This document shows, in pieces, positions 27,479 through 41,647 of a stretch of DNA of 64,000 nt (its first letter is position 1; the number at the start of each line of letters is the position of its first letter). Below the pieces are notes generated by a model. The model had not been told where the DNA came from and did no database searches. It worked only from the letters and a program-made list of their open reading frames with translations. Location: assembly GCA_030141605.1 (NCBI GenBank), contig JAQGDQ010000003.1, positions 1,736,001-1,800,000 of the forward strand, read 5' to 3'. This DNA is from Tubiluchus corallicola. Its lineage: Eukaryota; Animalia; Priapulida. The position numbers and the translations under genes were made by a program.

Positions 27479-29874
27479 CTACAATATAATAGCATAATGA
27501 TCAACGGCTGGAAATCTTATTCATGCAACATGGCAAAAAAGTTGTAACAGGCGCTGGAACTATGTTGGTTTTGTAAAGTCAGTCTTTCATTTCAGTTGTT
27601 TTATACTTTCAAAAGTATTTGTCCCATCGGTCTCGACGCACACACGGACGTGCCAAAGAAAATAATCAAATCAAAAATTGTACCTAAAAATCTCTAGTAA
27701 TTATATGAGTAGTATCCTAGTTGCCATTGCTACCAGATTACCCAAAAACTGAGAGAAGCTGTCAGTGGAAGAACAAAATACTCAGTGACCCATTTTTCTG
27801 CAAAAATCTTAGCCTGCAAACTATTATATTGACTATTGTATGGACGTATCCACAGCAAAACGACAGAAACATTTTGTAGAGCTGGAAGTGCAAAAAATTT
27901 CAGAATGTGTACAACAAATTAAACTCTCCTCAACCAAGCAACATAGCTGTAAGTCAAAACTCCAATTTAGGAAAAATGGTTATATATGGGGAAAATTCTA
28001 CATTTTTTGACAAATAAATAAGTTCAAGAAATTAAGAAGCTTACCCTTAATGGTACAACAAACATTCCATTCTGAAATGTCTGGAAAACGTCTTAAGTTT
28101 TGCCTGAGCAAATCCTAATGGTTCTCATTTTTTCGGAATGTTTTATTACACGTGTTTTCCGGTGTAAGAAATTTTGATAACTGCCATGAACGTCAGTTTT
28201 AGCAATTTCACAAATGTGCGGCAGAAAAATAAATGGAAAAAGCAATTGCATTACTGCTTGTACAATTCTAGTGGAGCTAATGGACAACATAATGTGTTAG
28301 GTGACGCCATTAATAATAAGTAAAATTATCGTTAATCATTCGTAGCTAGAAATCGTTTATTCTTCAACTAGGTACGTCTCATTTCTGCTTTTCATCCGTA
28401 AATTTCAAAAGTTTCAATTAAATTAGTAGAAAGGCGCTTCACAATACAAGCATGTCTGTCACGGTAACTGCAGCAGTTCTTGTTTTTATCCACGTAGAGC
28501 TAACGACTATAATGACGATTTTGCAAGCATGTTGCAATGCACGTACTTTGCTTTTATCATCAACTAACTTTAGATGGCAGTAATATTGAATGTCAATATT
28601 ATTCAACCTTACAGTAATTGAAAAACAAATGTAATTATATTACCTGCGTATTCTACCTTTATTTGTAAGGTTTTGGCTGCGCAACAAGTAATGCTTATTT
28701 CTTAGAGATAATGATAATATACATAATTTATTTAGATAAATATTTTAAAAGATCATCCATTAATGACAAAATTAATTATAAATTAATAATTATCTATTAA
28801 TTACTATTTTTATGAAATTAAATATGTTTAAAAAAATGCGGGCTTATTCTGACTTTTTATAATTTTTATTTTGGTCACATTTGCTTTCAAAAATTCAGTA
28901 ATAATAGAAATTCAATTTTCTGTTAACACCAAATATCAATCGAGTTACAAGCAGAATAATATGCCATGCGACACATGCTGACCCAGGTCAAGACTGGACA
29001 GTCAGTCTGCAGAATGGAGAAACAATTCACAGGCCGCATCAAATCTCTATCTAGGTTTTTTCTCATTATGAAAACGCTACCACACTATTTACGTTCATTA
29101 ATATTTTCTAATAATGGATTTTAAGCTCACGTAGACCGTATGTCTTCAACGCAACTTCACAAGAAACGTTTCGTTTTACAAATGGACCGTAGTGTGGTGC
29201 TCGAGTGACAACCTGACGTCTATATAGAACAGAACCGCATAGCACCGCATAGTCTGGCTCGCCAGGTGCGTTTACCAAACTGGGAAATTAGTTAAATTAT
29301 GCAGTATACACTGTTAACCCAAGACGATCCGCTGTAACTAGAACCCTAAAGCAAAGCCAAAAGAGCTAGCGCTACATTACACACAACTAATAAGATAAAG
29401 CCATCGTATTCATCCAGCGATTTACAAATTAGTCCCTCTCGGAGATTCTTTAATGCGCCCGCCTCTCATCCAATTTTCGCAATTATCAAACAGGGCGATT
29501 CATTAAATTTACACCCTGGGACGCAGTAAAATTACATTACAACGAAACCAGTTTATAAAGCGAAGCCACAGCCGAATGACTGTTAAATGCTAGCCAACCA
29601 TATTGAATGTAGATAAAAAAGACACAGGAAAAGGAGCACAGAAGGAAAACTAGGAATAAATAATTAATTAATACACAGATATATTTTGTTATCTATTTTT
29701 GTTACATATTTTGTTAATACCACAGAATCATAATCAACAATGCACGAATATCCTACATTGTGTTTGTATACAATTCAAGGCTATACATAATAGCAAACAT
29801 GCATAACAATACATAACAGACAGTGTTACATGGTTTTCCAAGGTATACATATATATCCTTAATTAAAATATTAC

Positions 29875-30014
29875 CCTTAACAGTAATCTTAAGTTTCATA
29901 TATATGAAACTTAAGATTACTGTTAAGGATAATTATTCTAATTATTTTTAACTCTGCAAAGGAAGCTATATTTTCAATTAAAATAATTATCCTTAACAGT
30001 AATCTTAAGTTTCA
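29875..30014. repeat. 54-bp perfect palindrome plus a third copy of the arm
   Basis: 29875-29928 is self-complementary; 29982-30014 is the reverse complement of 29905-29937. Confidence 0.9.
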
Positions 30015-32615
30015 ACACAGTTCATTTTCCCGACCAATGCGTTATCCAACAATCTGTATGTATTTTTACTTATCTGTCATGAGTTCCCTGTGATTTTCTA
30101 AACGTTTTCTAAACAAAAAAATAAAGTAAACTAAACTAACTTCATCTGTACCACTCTTTATTCTGTCCTATTAGCCACGTGTAGTTACTTTATCGGTTAC
30201 CATTATAGTCGCTACAAAATACTTTTAGTGATGGTTGAATGTTTAAAAAAAGTTTGTGCACTGTAAAATTTAAAAACTCCTACGGTAGCTTGATACAAAA
30301 TAAATTCTGTTTTTATGTTGCACTACCCGAATGATAAACGTTTTTCAAGACAGCCGTTTTATAATTGAAAAGCCGTTTTACTATTAATGCATCTGAAAAG
30401 GACAAAAGCGTTGAGAGTCTTCTCAATTTCATAGATGAAAGTAATTGAGCCGCAAGCAAGAAATGACTCTCTACCAAATTTAATGTTATATTGATGATAA
30501 TACACTGCAGTCTCAATCACGTAGTCAACTACTAATTAACGGTAGTCACTACAGGATTGTATATGACAGCAAAAATCCAGTCGATGACTCAGATAAGGGG
30601 CTCACATGACTGTGGTTGGCCGTTCAAGTCGCAAGTGCTCGGAAGAAACGACTCGCAGAATGATTCTGTTGTAACTGTTCTAATTCTAGTTCTAACAAGG
30701 ATTTTGATAAGCGGCCATGAGGTGAAACTGCAGGACACCATAACAGGCACCATTACTTAGACAAGTGTCGTGATCAGCTCTCGTAGTCTGTACTTATAAA
30801 TATGAGTACTGGTGAATCTATGCTTGTCAAGCTCAAAGCAATCTATACGACAATAGGTGCATTAGTTATTATCAAATGAGTATTATATAACTGTGGGTGA
30901 ACAGTGAATCTGATACTAACTAATTCAGCAGACAAGTACTAAGATAGAGACCCATGGACCGAACTTAAGCGTTGACTAACATCACCTCGACACGTACTTG
31001 GACACGCGGGGGTGTAGGAGCATTGTTGACCAACTTGCTCTTTCAGTATAACTCCAATTCAGCTGTCCAAGGGTTACATTAAAGTCGGTCAATTCCAAAA
31101 GTTAAAAGTAGATGAGGATGCGTGCGCAAAAGAATCTGTACTTAATTTCAGGTACTGGCAATGTGGTTGAAAGTGCTTGCTCTGTGTAGTAGTTGGATGG
31201 TGGCTATTGGTGAATGTATGCTAGACAGTACCTATGAGTATATGAAGAGGTGAATAACAAATGGTAAAACCTGCAATTAACCATATCACCATGGCCATAA
31301 TTCCAGACATTTGTTAGAACTGGTGTCTTCCAAGCTTTAGCAATTCATGGTTATGGTCCAAATTATCACTAAATGTGCCCTAAGTAATATGCTTGTTAAG
31401 GTTGGTGCTGGTCAGTCTCACAAAAACCCTTCATGTCACTCACCACAGTCACCACACAAATAACCTTTGGCAGCTGCCAACGTTTGTTCCGACGACTATC
31501 AATGCTAGCTAAGAATATCGCTAGTGAAGTCTGCGTGCAGCTTTAATACACCAGCAGCGTCACAATAATCACATTTCCACATTATCCGTAACCTTGTGCT
31601 TTGAGACAGGAAAACTGCAAGCACACAACAGATTGTTAAATCAGCTACCAAAAAGGCGTGTTGCAAAGCACTGAGATAATCTAAAATACAAAGAAATGCA
31701 CCAACCAAGAACTAGTAATAATAAAAGTATATCCAAAACATGAATGTACTCAACAGGGAGAAATGCAACTAGGTACTTTCAGGTTCAACAGCTAACCTTT
31801 CACGCCTCCAAACTGTTTGTCAGGAGGAAGCAACTATAAGAACAAGATAATAAACTCACTTTAATAACAATTTACCCTAAAAGAATAGGCAATTGGCTCC
31901 AGGGGAGAAAATACGTTACATTTGCTTTAAAATACATGCGCCAAGCTGGTAAGGCTCCAGGTAAAGTACGTAATGAAAAAATGATTAAATATATGATGGA
32001 TAACAAAGAAATCTATTTTTATTAAAATTAAATCCTCATGTAATGCGAATATAAGATGCATTAATGGTTTCAGTGTCCATAGTGAAATTGCCCAGAATTT
32101 TGCTAATTAATTTTAACAATTGTATACCTATGTGGGATATGATGATATGCATAGTTAAAGCTCGCTCGTTGGCAATATCATGTCTTTCTTGGTGGTATTT
32201 CTTGTTTATTCACACCAGTAAATCTTACATTTACGAACAGCAAGCGTGAAGGATCGATCGGTTCTAATCATTTGTAACATGCTCCTAGTATTTTGTTTGT
32301 TTATTTACGTTTGCTGTTCAGGGCAATGATAAGTCGCATGTACTGTCCGAAGGTGGAAGTGTTACCTGCTGTAATAATTGTAGGGAAATAATTGCTCTTG
32401 TATCTGTCGGAGAACTTCGAGCCTGGCTAATTCTGATTAAGCACGGAAACAAACTTCCATCTTCTGGCCTTTGATTTGGTTTCAAGAAGATTACATCCAC
32501 AACAATATGTGCTTACATGTTGAAATTGTCGACATGATATATATAGAGAAACTGACATCTTTTGTGCATTTCTTGATGCATCACGTGCATTCGACAAAGT
32601 TTACGAAAACGTTAA

Positions 32616-33305
32616 AGCACAAGAAAACCTTCCACTTACATAAAAGCTTAAAAAATTCGTCTCGAAAGTGTATACCACTTACATGCTGCCTTTGTGCATA
32701 CAGGACTTGCGTTCGGCAGTAACGCTGTATAAAACATGTAAATTTAAACCCCCGCGATGACCGTTAGGCGCAGCCATTTTGACGATAAATCATTTGAAAC
32801 AAGTTTAGATAACACTGAGTAATGTTTGAAAAAATAACCAAAGCATTCGTAGCGCGCATGTCACTAACTAAGTAAAATTTTAAATTACTGCATCTTCTAA
32901 ATAAGAATAAAAAATGTTTTTTGGTTGGCGAGTTGTGCACCCTGGAGGGTGGTGAGTCAGCGACATTTTACCAACTAGAAAAACATTTTAAATAATTAAT
33001 AATTTTCTTTTCTAGTTACAAAAGTCTTGCAAGCAGGTAAGCGAAATGCTAAGTAATATAATATTGCATGGAAAGTTTTTTGGGACATAGTTTAACATTT
33101 CCTTTTCTTCGCCTGATTTACGTTACTCATATAATTACGTCATGTAATGGCGCGGTCGGTACAGTGGCGCGGGAAATTTAAAATGAAAACAAACAAAATT
33201 TTTTTCAACGAAAGTACAATGCAAGCATAAAATCGCTAAAAAGTAATATAATTGTTGAAGGCGATTTTTCGGAAACCAACTTCAGGTACCACCAATTATT
33301 GTCCT
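32616..33305. mobile_element. Kolobok-like non-autonomous DNA transposon
   Basis: TTAA at 32612-32615 and 33306-33309; termini AGCACAAGAA and (revcomp) AGGACAATAA match 8/10; removal rejoins the RT. Confidence 0.7.
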
Positions 33306-34323
33306 TTAAGATATTGCAGGAAGGAGCATTGCCATCTAGGAGTATGCAGTTTTTTGCTAGTATGTACGCAGAATGTTTATGTTAAGTGAAGCCAGGAATC
33401 ACCAGATTCAAATGCTGTGAAAAATGGTGTGAGGCAGTCAGCTGTTCTGTCCCCTACTGTGTTTATTGTCTACCATCACGGCCTGTTGGTAAAACCGCAA
33501 GAATATAATTTAGGGTGCTACATAGGAGGCGTCTTACGGGGCTTTGGTATATGCACTGATGATTTGTGTAACTTCGCTACTTCTTGTAGAGCTCTTCAGA
33601 AACTGATTACAATTTGTGGAAAGTATGCAACTTATTGTTCATATAAACTTTTAAGCTGTCAAGGCAGCAGCACATTTAGGTAATGTTGTGACCTTTAATT
33701 TATGTGATGACGATGACACGGGCAAGAAGAGGGGTGAATTTACAGGAGTCACAATCAAGTATTTAGTAATATGAGCTTTGCCAGAAAAGACAACATAATA
33801 AGTACCTGCAACTCACCATCTGCTGACTGCCAGTCTTGGAAGCTCGATTCTGTTTTTAAAGAACTTAGACAAGGCATGGAAGATAGAAACCAGAGGCTTT
33901 TCAGATTACCAAATAAGACACATACAAGGTTGTTATCGTTAATATCAAATGGGTGTCTTCCATCATGGCATATAAAAACAAGAGCATCCTGCTTTATAAA
34001 ACTATGCTGATAGAGAGTATTTATGTCAAATTTCTCACTGCAGACATCATTGGCGATGTAAGAAGCGTTTTGGGCTATAATACCAAATTTCTTTTTAATA
34101 TACACAGCTAATATACAGAATTATAATAGTTGGAGTGTAATTAATTGTTACAAGTGGATAAATTATGTCAAATTGGAAAATATTACAAATTGGAATTATC
34201 TGTTGCTCAGACAAAGATGATTTCATACATGCAAGTATTGTATGAGAGTTTCTAATGTGTTAGAATTACTATATAGGCTAAAATTACCATGAAATTACGG
34301 ATATACTTTACTATGTATTAACT

Positions 34324-34495
34324 AGTTAACTTTCTTTAGGTAAATTCTGCATTTACCTGTTTATTGTTTACTAACTGTGCTTGATGATTGTGCAGTGTAT
34401 TGATGTGTGAGTTAACTTTCTTTAGGTAAATTCTGCATTTACCTGTTTAATGTTTACTAACTGTGCTTGATGATTGCGCAGTGTATTAATGTGTG
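34324..34495. repeat. 86-bp tandem duplication in the LINE 3' UTR
   Basis: Units 34324-34409 and 34410-34495 are near-identical. Confidence 0.92.
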
Positions 34496-37400
34496 TTTTT
34501 GTATACATGTGCTTATTTTAGTACGAATAAACATAATAATTTGCACGTTTGCTGCTCTGATAACCTCTCTTTTTTATAACAAAGACAAAGCCAAAAATCA
34601 GTGGACAGACGTTGCATGATTACGCGCACAAGATACATTTGTCAATGTAATTCTGCACTTTGGTAATTACTCAATAACCAACAACCAATGTAACACAAAT
34701 CATGACATTTTCCCCATCGAATATGCCCGCATTCATTTGACGCCTGTATTCAATATAAGAACAACGTAAGCGTGAACAGTTATTAACAGTTCTTGTAATA
34801 AGATTATTTCTAGCAAACGGCGTGTTAAGTACCCATGAGAAATGAATGCTAATGGAGCACAAGCTTAAATAATAATAAGAAAGTAGAGCGCGTATTTTCG
34901 CTCATAGACAGTAAAAAACAACAAAAATAAAAAGCCAACAGCAATAACAGACTGCTCTGTCAACTTGCTACAAAAGCCCATTATTATTATTATCGACTTT
35001 AAAGGGTTAGATGTCTGCATCTTATATGGAGCCATACGTCTACAAGCTACACAGAGATGAAAGAGTGAGTTATGTTTCAAATCGGGTCTCATTATCTGCT
35101 ACCTCCCATCAACTAAAAATAAAGGATGCAGAAATTGAACAATAAAATTGAATGGCAGACTACTACTAAAGAGAGTAGTGCAAACAGGCTAAGACTAAAG
35201 TGGGTTAGTAGTCGAAAAATAAGCTGTAAAAAGAGCAGTTCATCATCAATTTCGAGCGCGTATTACATCCAAGGTAACGCTGCAGCACGACCAGCTAGGT
35301 TAGACCAGTAATCGATACCTTTGCCTGGCGCAGGGCAGCTCAGAACCTTTTGCAGGCAAACAGTTGGAATCCAATTCTATTACCATTAACTAGAGCAGAA
35401 ATGGTGACCGAGATGAATGAGTCCATGTTTGGCTTCATTCACAATTCACTGTTTGAAGCCGGTTTTGCGGCATTACAGGCAACAATCATTCTGATAAATT
35501 TAATAACCTTTGAGACGTGCTAACCTTTAAGACAGAGCAACTTTGGCACTCAGATAACCGAAGTTTAAGAAGCGATTCGATATTAGCAGTCAATATTAGC
35601 AATATTAAGCATTAATGTTAGGTTCGTTTACTGTACAGAAATTAGAAGTTCAGGCTGTCAGGCCGCTTAGTTATTTTGGAACTAGGCTACTGAAAGAGTG
35701 TAAATTCTAATGAAATTTAGTTCTAATCAAATTTTGAACGTTCAAAAATTCAGCCAGATATTAGCATTGAAAAAAGCAGTAAAATTTTGGAAAACAATAT
35801 TTTTAATCGACTGAAATTTGGTCACAAACTGAACTTAAGAAGTGTCGTATTCGCACATTGTATTACCTTACTAACCAAAGTTATATGTCTGCCTGAAAAG
35901 ATGGATATAATCGAAACAAGTGCTAATTCATATTGTAATCAAATGGAAGCAATTTGTCACATGGCAGCTGACAGATGGGCTAAAGAACAGTGGATAAAAC
36001 AGTCGCTGCTATTCAATAATGGCGTGAAAAAGAAGCAAATGGCGATAGAAACAACTCAAACAAGCAGGGCTTTCAGTGATGCATTTTAGCCAATAAAGAC
36101 ATTCAAGTCAACAACACACTCAGTAGTTAATTGTTGCATTGCACACATGACTGGGTTGGATTTCAAATATTAAGAGTAGAGTAATCAAGAAACAATGGAC
36201 CACTGACTGTAAAGCATGTTATCAGATGTCATTAGAAATAAAGTCGCCAAGGTAATACAAGCAGGCCTTTTAAATACATAAACGCCATTTTCGGGAAACA
36301 AAAATAATCAACCACGAATCTATACAAAATTATTCTATTGTAAAAATTTCAAGTGTCAGCAAATAATGTTGCCAGCAAAGAATGTACAAAATGCTACGGA
36401 ACGCCTGTTATTCGAACAAAAGAAATTATAAGCTGGAACATAAGTGAAACGTGCAAAATATCACGCACATCAGTTTAATTTGTTGTACATAAGCGCCTAT
36501 ATAACTTCAGTCTAATTAAATATATCAAGTTATGCACACCAAAATTCATCAGGGCCATAGCGCCATACTAAATACGTTTATAATTACGAATTCAATTACC
36601 TGCCGAGAAGTCAAGACCCTCATATTAATATAATACCAAACAGAGTACGTTGTTTTTCTGAGTATTTTATTTTTAGTATGGCTTTCATGGTTTTAATATT
36701 AAAACAATTCAAATGATTCTGTATAGAATGAGGACCGTTATTTCCACAAGACAGTTGACGGGACATAGCTGTGCTTTTTTATTTATCTTTACCTATAACA
36801 GCTGTAACAAAAGGCAGGCAAATGCCCATAACAAGGTTCTAAGTTACAATTTCGAAAAAAAAGTGAGCCAAGAATTTCCCAGGTGTGTATATTGTTGGAA
36901 AAGTAGCATGTTTAGTTGTTGAAAAAGCAAAAAAGGCATCACTTTCGCTTAAAGATCTATAATAATGTTTAACTGCACAAACAAAATGATGCATTGACTG
37001 TTCAAGTTAAGCTTTCTTAAAATAGCACTTAACGTCACTTAGAACCCTGTTCACGAATTACGTAGGTGCTTTGCGCTTTTCTACAGTCACAACGAAGAAA
37101 TACTTGTATGCCTCTAAGTGAAAGATGTGATTGCCCAGTCTCATACGTGACAAAGTCGTAAACCTACACACTTGATGCTCACCTCCAATCAATACACCCA
37201 TCATTATAACATCACTGGCTTCTACGCGCACAACAACACATGCAGCATCTATGGATTAAGAAGCCAAGACAGGAATAATGGGCCGTAATATTATTACGCT
37301 TATTAGATGCGCTGAATTTTTCAACAGTACTGACTGAATTAATTATTGATAAAAGAAAACCAACTATAACAATGCATAATAAATAACGGTTTTGTTTAAC

Positions 37401-37604
37401 TAAAACTCGCTTAAAGGAAGAAAACCACGTGAAAAATGTACAACAATCATTAAGCGAATATTTGATAGGTGTCTTAAAAAATCAGAAGGGGCTGATTCAG
37501 TAAAGATTATGCAGTTTTACTCAATGTCAAAATCACTTAGCTCTGTTTGTCTACAGTGACGTGACAGTTATTGTATTTGCACTTGAATATTTTTGTTTGA
37601 TTAC

Positions 37605-37720
37605 CTGACTTTCCCTCCTAGCCAAAATTGTGACTTTTTTCTAGCCACCATAAATTAATTGTGACTTTTTTGCCTATAACTTTTTTGCTAGCCAAAATTG
37701 CGACTTTTCTTGACCTTTTT
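37605..37720. repeat. Short degenerate tandem repeat (TAGCCA...TTGTGACTTTTT)
   Basis: 3-4 degenerate units seen. Confidence 0.6.
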
Positions 37721-40700
37721 CTTAAGACATTACCAATCACCAAAGAATCGTATCGTGGCAAGGTACATTAATTATCTTAGATTGTTCAAAGGATGTCATA
37801 CAGGGTGGCTTCGTTTTCCAGGAGACCTGAGCAACTGGGAGTATATTGGGACAAGATTCGGAATTTGCCAAAGGTGTGACAGCTGTTCTAACCACAGTCT
37901 TTAAAGAAAACAAATTTTTGCAAAAACAAAAGTCATTTTTGAATTTGGTTGTAGTCTCAGGGAAAATTAATAAATCCCATAAATATATTTCTGGAAGCTT
38001 AAACGAGAGGGAAACGGTTTACGAGTTGCAAAACATTCACTTAAAACACCTCTACTGGACAAAATGAGGATGATGCAGTTCGGTATTCCTATTTCGGCGT
38101 TTTCCTGATAAGAGTCATCGTTATCCAATAATCCTGAACGCATTTTCTGCATTTAAGCAATAAGCACACAAAACACTCGACTACATTATGAGAATATTGG
38201 TTACAATGAGCCTACGCTCAGCCTTCAGACTCACGACTTGAAAAATGTTTCTCACGTTTCTCTATTATATTTTCTAAATTATTGATAAAACCTAAAACGT
38301 TTCCCAATAAATTCCGCCATGAGAAGGAGAATAGTCTCGAAGCATTCTTCTAACAGCGTTAATTGACGCAATTTCAACACAAATATACCACTGAATTACA
38401 AACATTTGCTTGCAAACAGTGGCTAATAAAAGACAAATATATGTAACGAAGAGTTACGACGGTTTAGAAAAATTGCCCAACGCTCGAAGGCGATCGCGGA
38501 TCGATAAAAGAGAAACAGAATCATACCACCAACACGATGACGCGTACGGTTGTTAGTACTGTAGCTGAAATCGCAACCGACGAATATTTTCATTGTCAGA
38601 GCATAGCATGTCAGAACATAAGCAAATGAACTGAAATTATAAAAGCTAGTTTTCCTTCTTAATATACGGTTTTTTAGGTATCAGCTCCTCTGACGAGTTG
38701 ATAATGGCTTTCAGGCAGCATTACACATTCTTCCTACCCAGATAAGATTATATGATTGGCGAAAACATTAGACAGTCACACTTTCCAAACAGCTTAACTC
38801 GTAAAACTGAAGCCGGGGATAAGGATTCACTAAAAGCTCACAATGATCACAACTGTCCCACTTAAAGATGCTCTATATTCAGCAAACGTAAACAGATAGT
38901 GAGGGCATTAGCGCTTAAACAGTTGTAAATTAGGAAAAATGGGATTAAATTGCGCCAGCATTTGTTCACAGTAATACAATGCAATCATTCCGGTGCCTTA
39001 AAAAACTATCAAACTTATTTCCATACAGACAAACATCCCTACTGTTTTGAAAATGCGCTAGAATTGATCCCGCCATAACCATTCATTTCTAATTTCTAAG
39101 ACACAGTAATACTTTTATAGCTCTATTACAAAATAGCCATATACCACGCAAGGACAAAAAATGATGATAAGCTGGTTTACCGACAAACGAAATTACTTCC
39201 TAAATGAATTTTCGAGCAATTCCGCGGGTCACCTTTGTAATAACAATTCAGTTTTAATAAATGCTCGGCGCAGAAAGCAGCTACAATGGTATATTTACTG
39301 CTTTGCACAATATTACAGCCTCTTCCCGCTTCCTCAAAGCAATGAGAAAATCTTCACATGCGAGTTTGGAACTGCTGCATACTGTCATGCACAATAAACT
39401 ACAGTTCTTGATAGATATATGGCCGACATTGTATTACAGCTGATTTTAAAATCTAGACCCTACTTCAGCAGCGAAATCAGTACATGAATGTTCGAAGTCT
39501 TGGGTCAGTGTACCGCGTTACAAGAAACTGTCAGTTTTATGTTCATCAATCATTGAAATACTGCTTAATGGAAAATTTATGCTGTTTTAGAAAATGAGAA
39601 CGTACATTCATGAGCCTAAACTTCAGATAAATCATCCCTTTCAGGACAACAAGATAAAGGCATTTTAATTTACAGTGTCCCGCGCTCAACACCCTTTTTC
39701 GATCATAAAAATTCTCTTCCTGTTTACTCAGCATGAGAAATAATCAAATAATGTAGAGTTCAGCAACTAAAAAAGAACAGCGCCTAGCTGAAATGCACAG
39801 TCTGAAATTTGTTGACTTTAACGTCTGACACTGCTAGTTATTTTCATATCACCAAATGAGGATGAACAGCCTCACCAGCTTTGTAATGGCACGGCTGCTA
39901 GTAACGGACACTTCCTAAATTTTAGCATAACCATGATTCCTTATTCCTGGCCTTCAATTATTCACTAATAAACTACTGGTGATACTAGCACCCGGGAGCC
40001 ATCAATCACCATCTGGAGCATTCCAGTAGCAGATATCAGCAGTAAAGTAATTTTGTACTTAGATCAGTGCACCTATCTGAAATGAAAGCACATTAATTCT
40101 CATTATTCTACAGACATCAAACTTTGCAGCTTATTGACATTCACAACTTTTAAACTACTGATTTACAATTACTTCTGATTTCCCTAAATTGTGTTGCTTA
40201 TCAGACCATTGATAAATTTTAAATTGTATTTGATCCTTTATCATTTATGTGTTTAGTTTAGTTATTTAATCAGATTATTTCTCTCGATTTTTGTATGTAT
40301 CTTTTATGTTTTTATTACATGATTACAGAACAAACAAGCAATTTTTAGGTTACAAAGCTACCTGTATAAATATTGTTTTCAAAATAAATCCGACTTTGCT
40401 GTGACCTTGACCTCAAATTATTCACTTCTACATTATTCCCAAATTATGTAGAAAGGAGCTCAACAAACAGCTTGTTAAGTATTGAAATATTACCACAAGC
40501 CATTTCCTAGATAATTCTCTAGAAAAAGGACAGAAGGACAAATAATCAGGCAGACAGAATCTATCAATGTACTGCTGCCCTATTACTTGTAAGGTCTAAC
40601 AATGAGTACTATCACAAGTTTGTCAGCAATTTAAAAACTTTGCTTTCTGAATTCTTCTTAGTGATGGCATTCTCACAAGTCACAAGCAACCAAAGCTAAG

Positions 40701-41551
40701 TATGGCACTAACATAGCCGTTTCAGTCTTGGCATCAGACTTGAGCTTTGCTTCCTCAGCACTGAACTTACTGCAGTCACTTAGAGCAATTGTATCAGTCT
40801 CTCTCTCCGGCACACTGCCAGTTACAAAAAACCAAACTTTTAATGGCACAGCCAGTTAACCCATCATTTTATTAATGGCAGCTTTTTTCAATTTTCTAAC
40901 AAAACGTAAAGATAGAATTTTACATGCAAATAAGTAATAAATCATGCTGCAAATTAGTGATAAATTATGCTCTTACATCCAGTATACTAATTACCGTAGA
41001 AATGCACCAGAGCACTAGACAAACACGACAAAAATGACGTCAGAGTATAAACACTAAAGTGTGCCTAGACCATAGGACATTTGTCAGCCTTAATGAGTCT
41101 CATAAATTTTGCATTTAATCATCATTAATTCAAAGCATCACCTAAACGCAAGTTAATGAACCATGGTTTTCCGATGAAATTCATTGATATTCATTGCAGG
41201 ACTTACGAAATTCATTAGGAAGGGTTGAACAATAAGCCTTCAAAGAAAGTAAAGCATCGGCTGTAATACATATTAACATGAAAACTGCGTATGTATACAT
41301 GTATGTGCAATATACATGCAAAGCCAGTACAATAAAGAGCATAAAACATGAATATTAATCCTAAAAAAAGGAGGCAAACTAAAAACATTACTATAACACA
41401 CACACACGCACGCCTACACACACACACACACATGCATGCGTGCGCGCCACATTATTTCTACAAACTAGAGAAATTAATTTAATAAAATGAAAAATTCAGA
41501 CACTGTTAGCAACAAAATAAGAATACGAATTGTTTATCTAAATAATATTCA

Positions 41552-41647
<96 letters not shown>

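Larger units (their letters stand above)
32430..34540 (+). mobile_element. Decayed LINE (RTEX-like RT) interrupted by a DNA transposon
   Basis: FGFKK..., CAFLDASRAFDKV, then KNGVRQSAVLSPTVFIVY...GCYIGG...TDDL...ALQKLITIC; 3' AATAAACATAATAAT. Confidence 0.75.
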
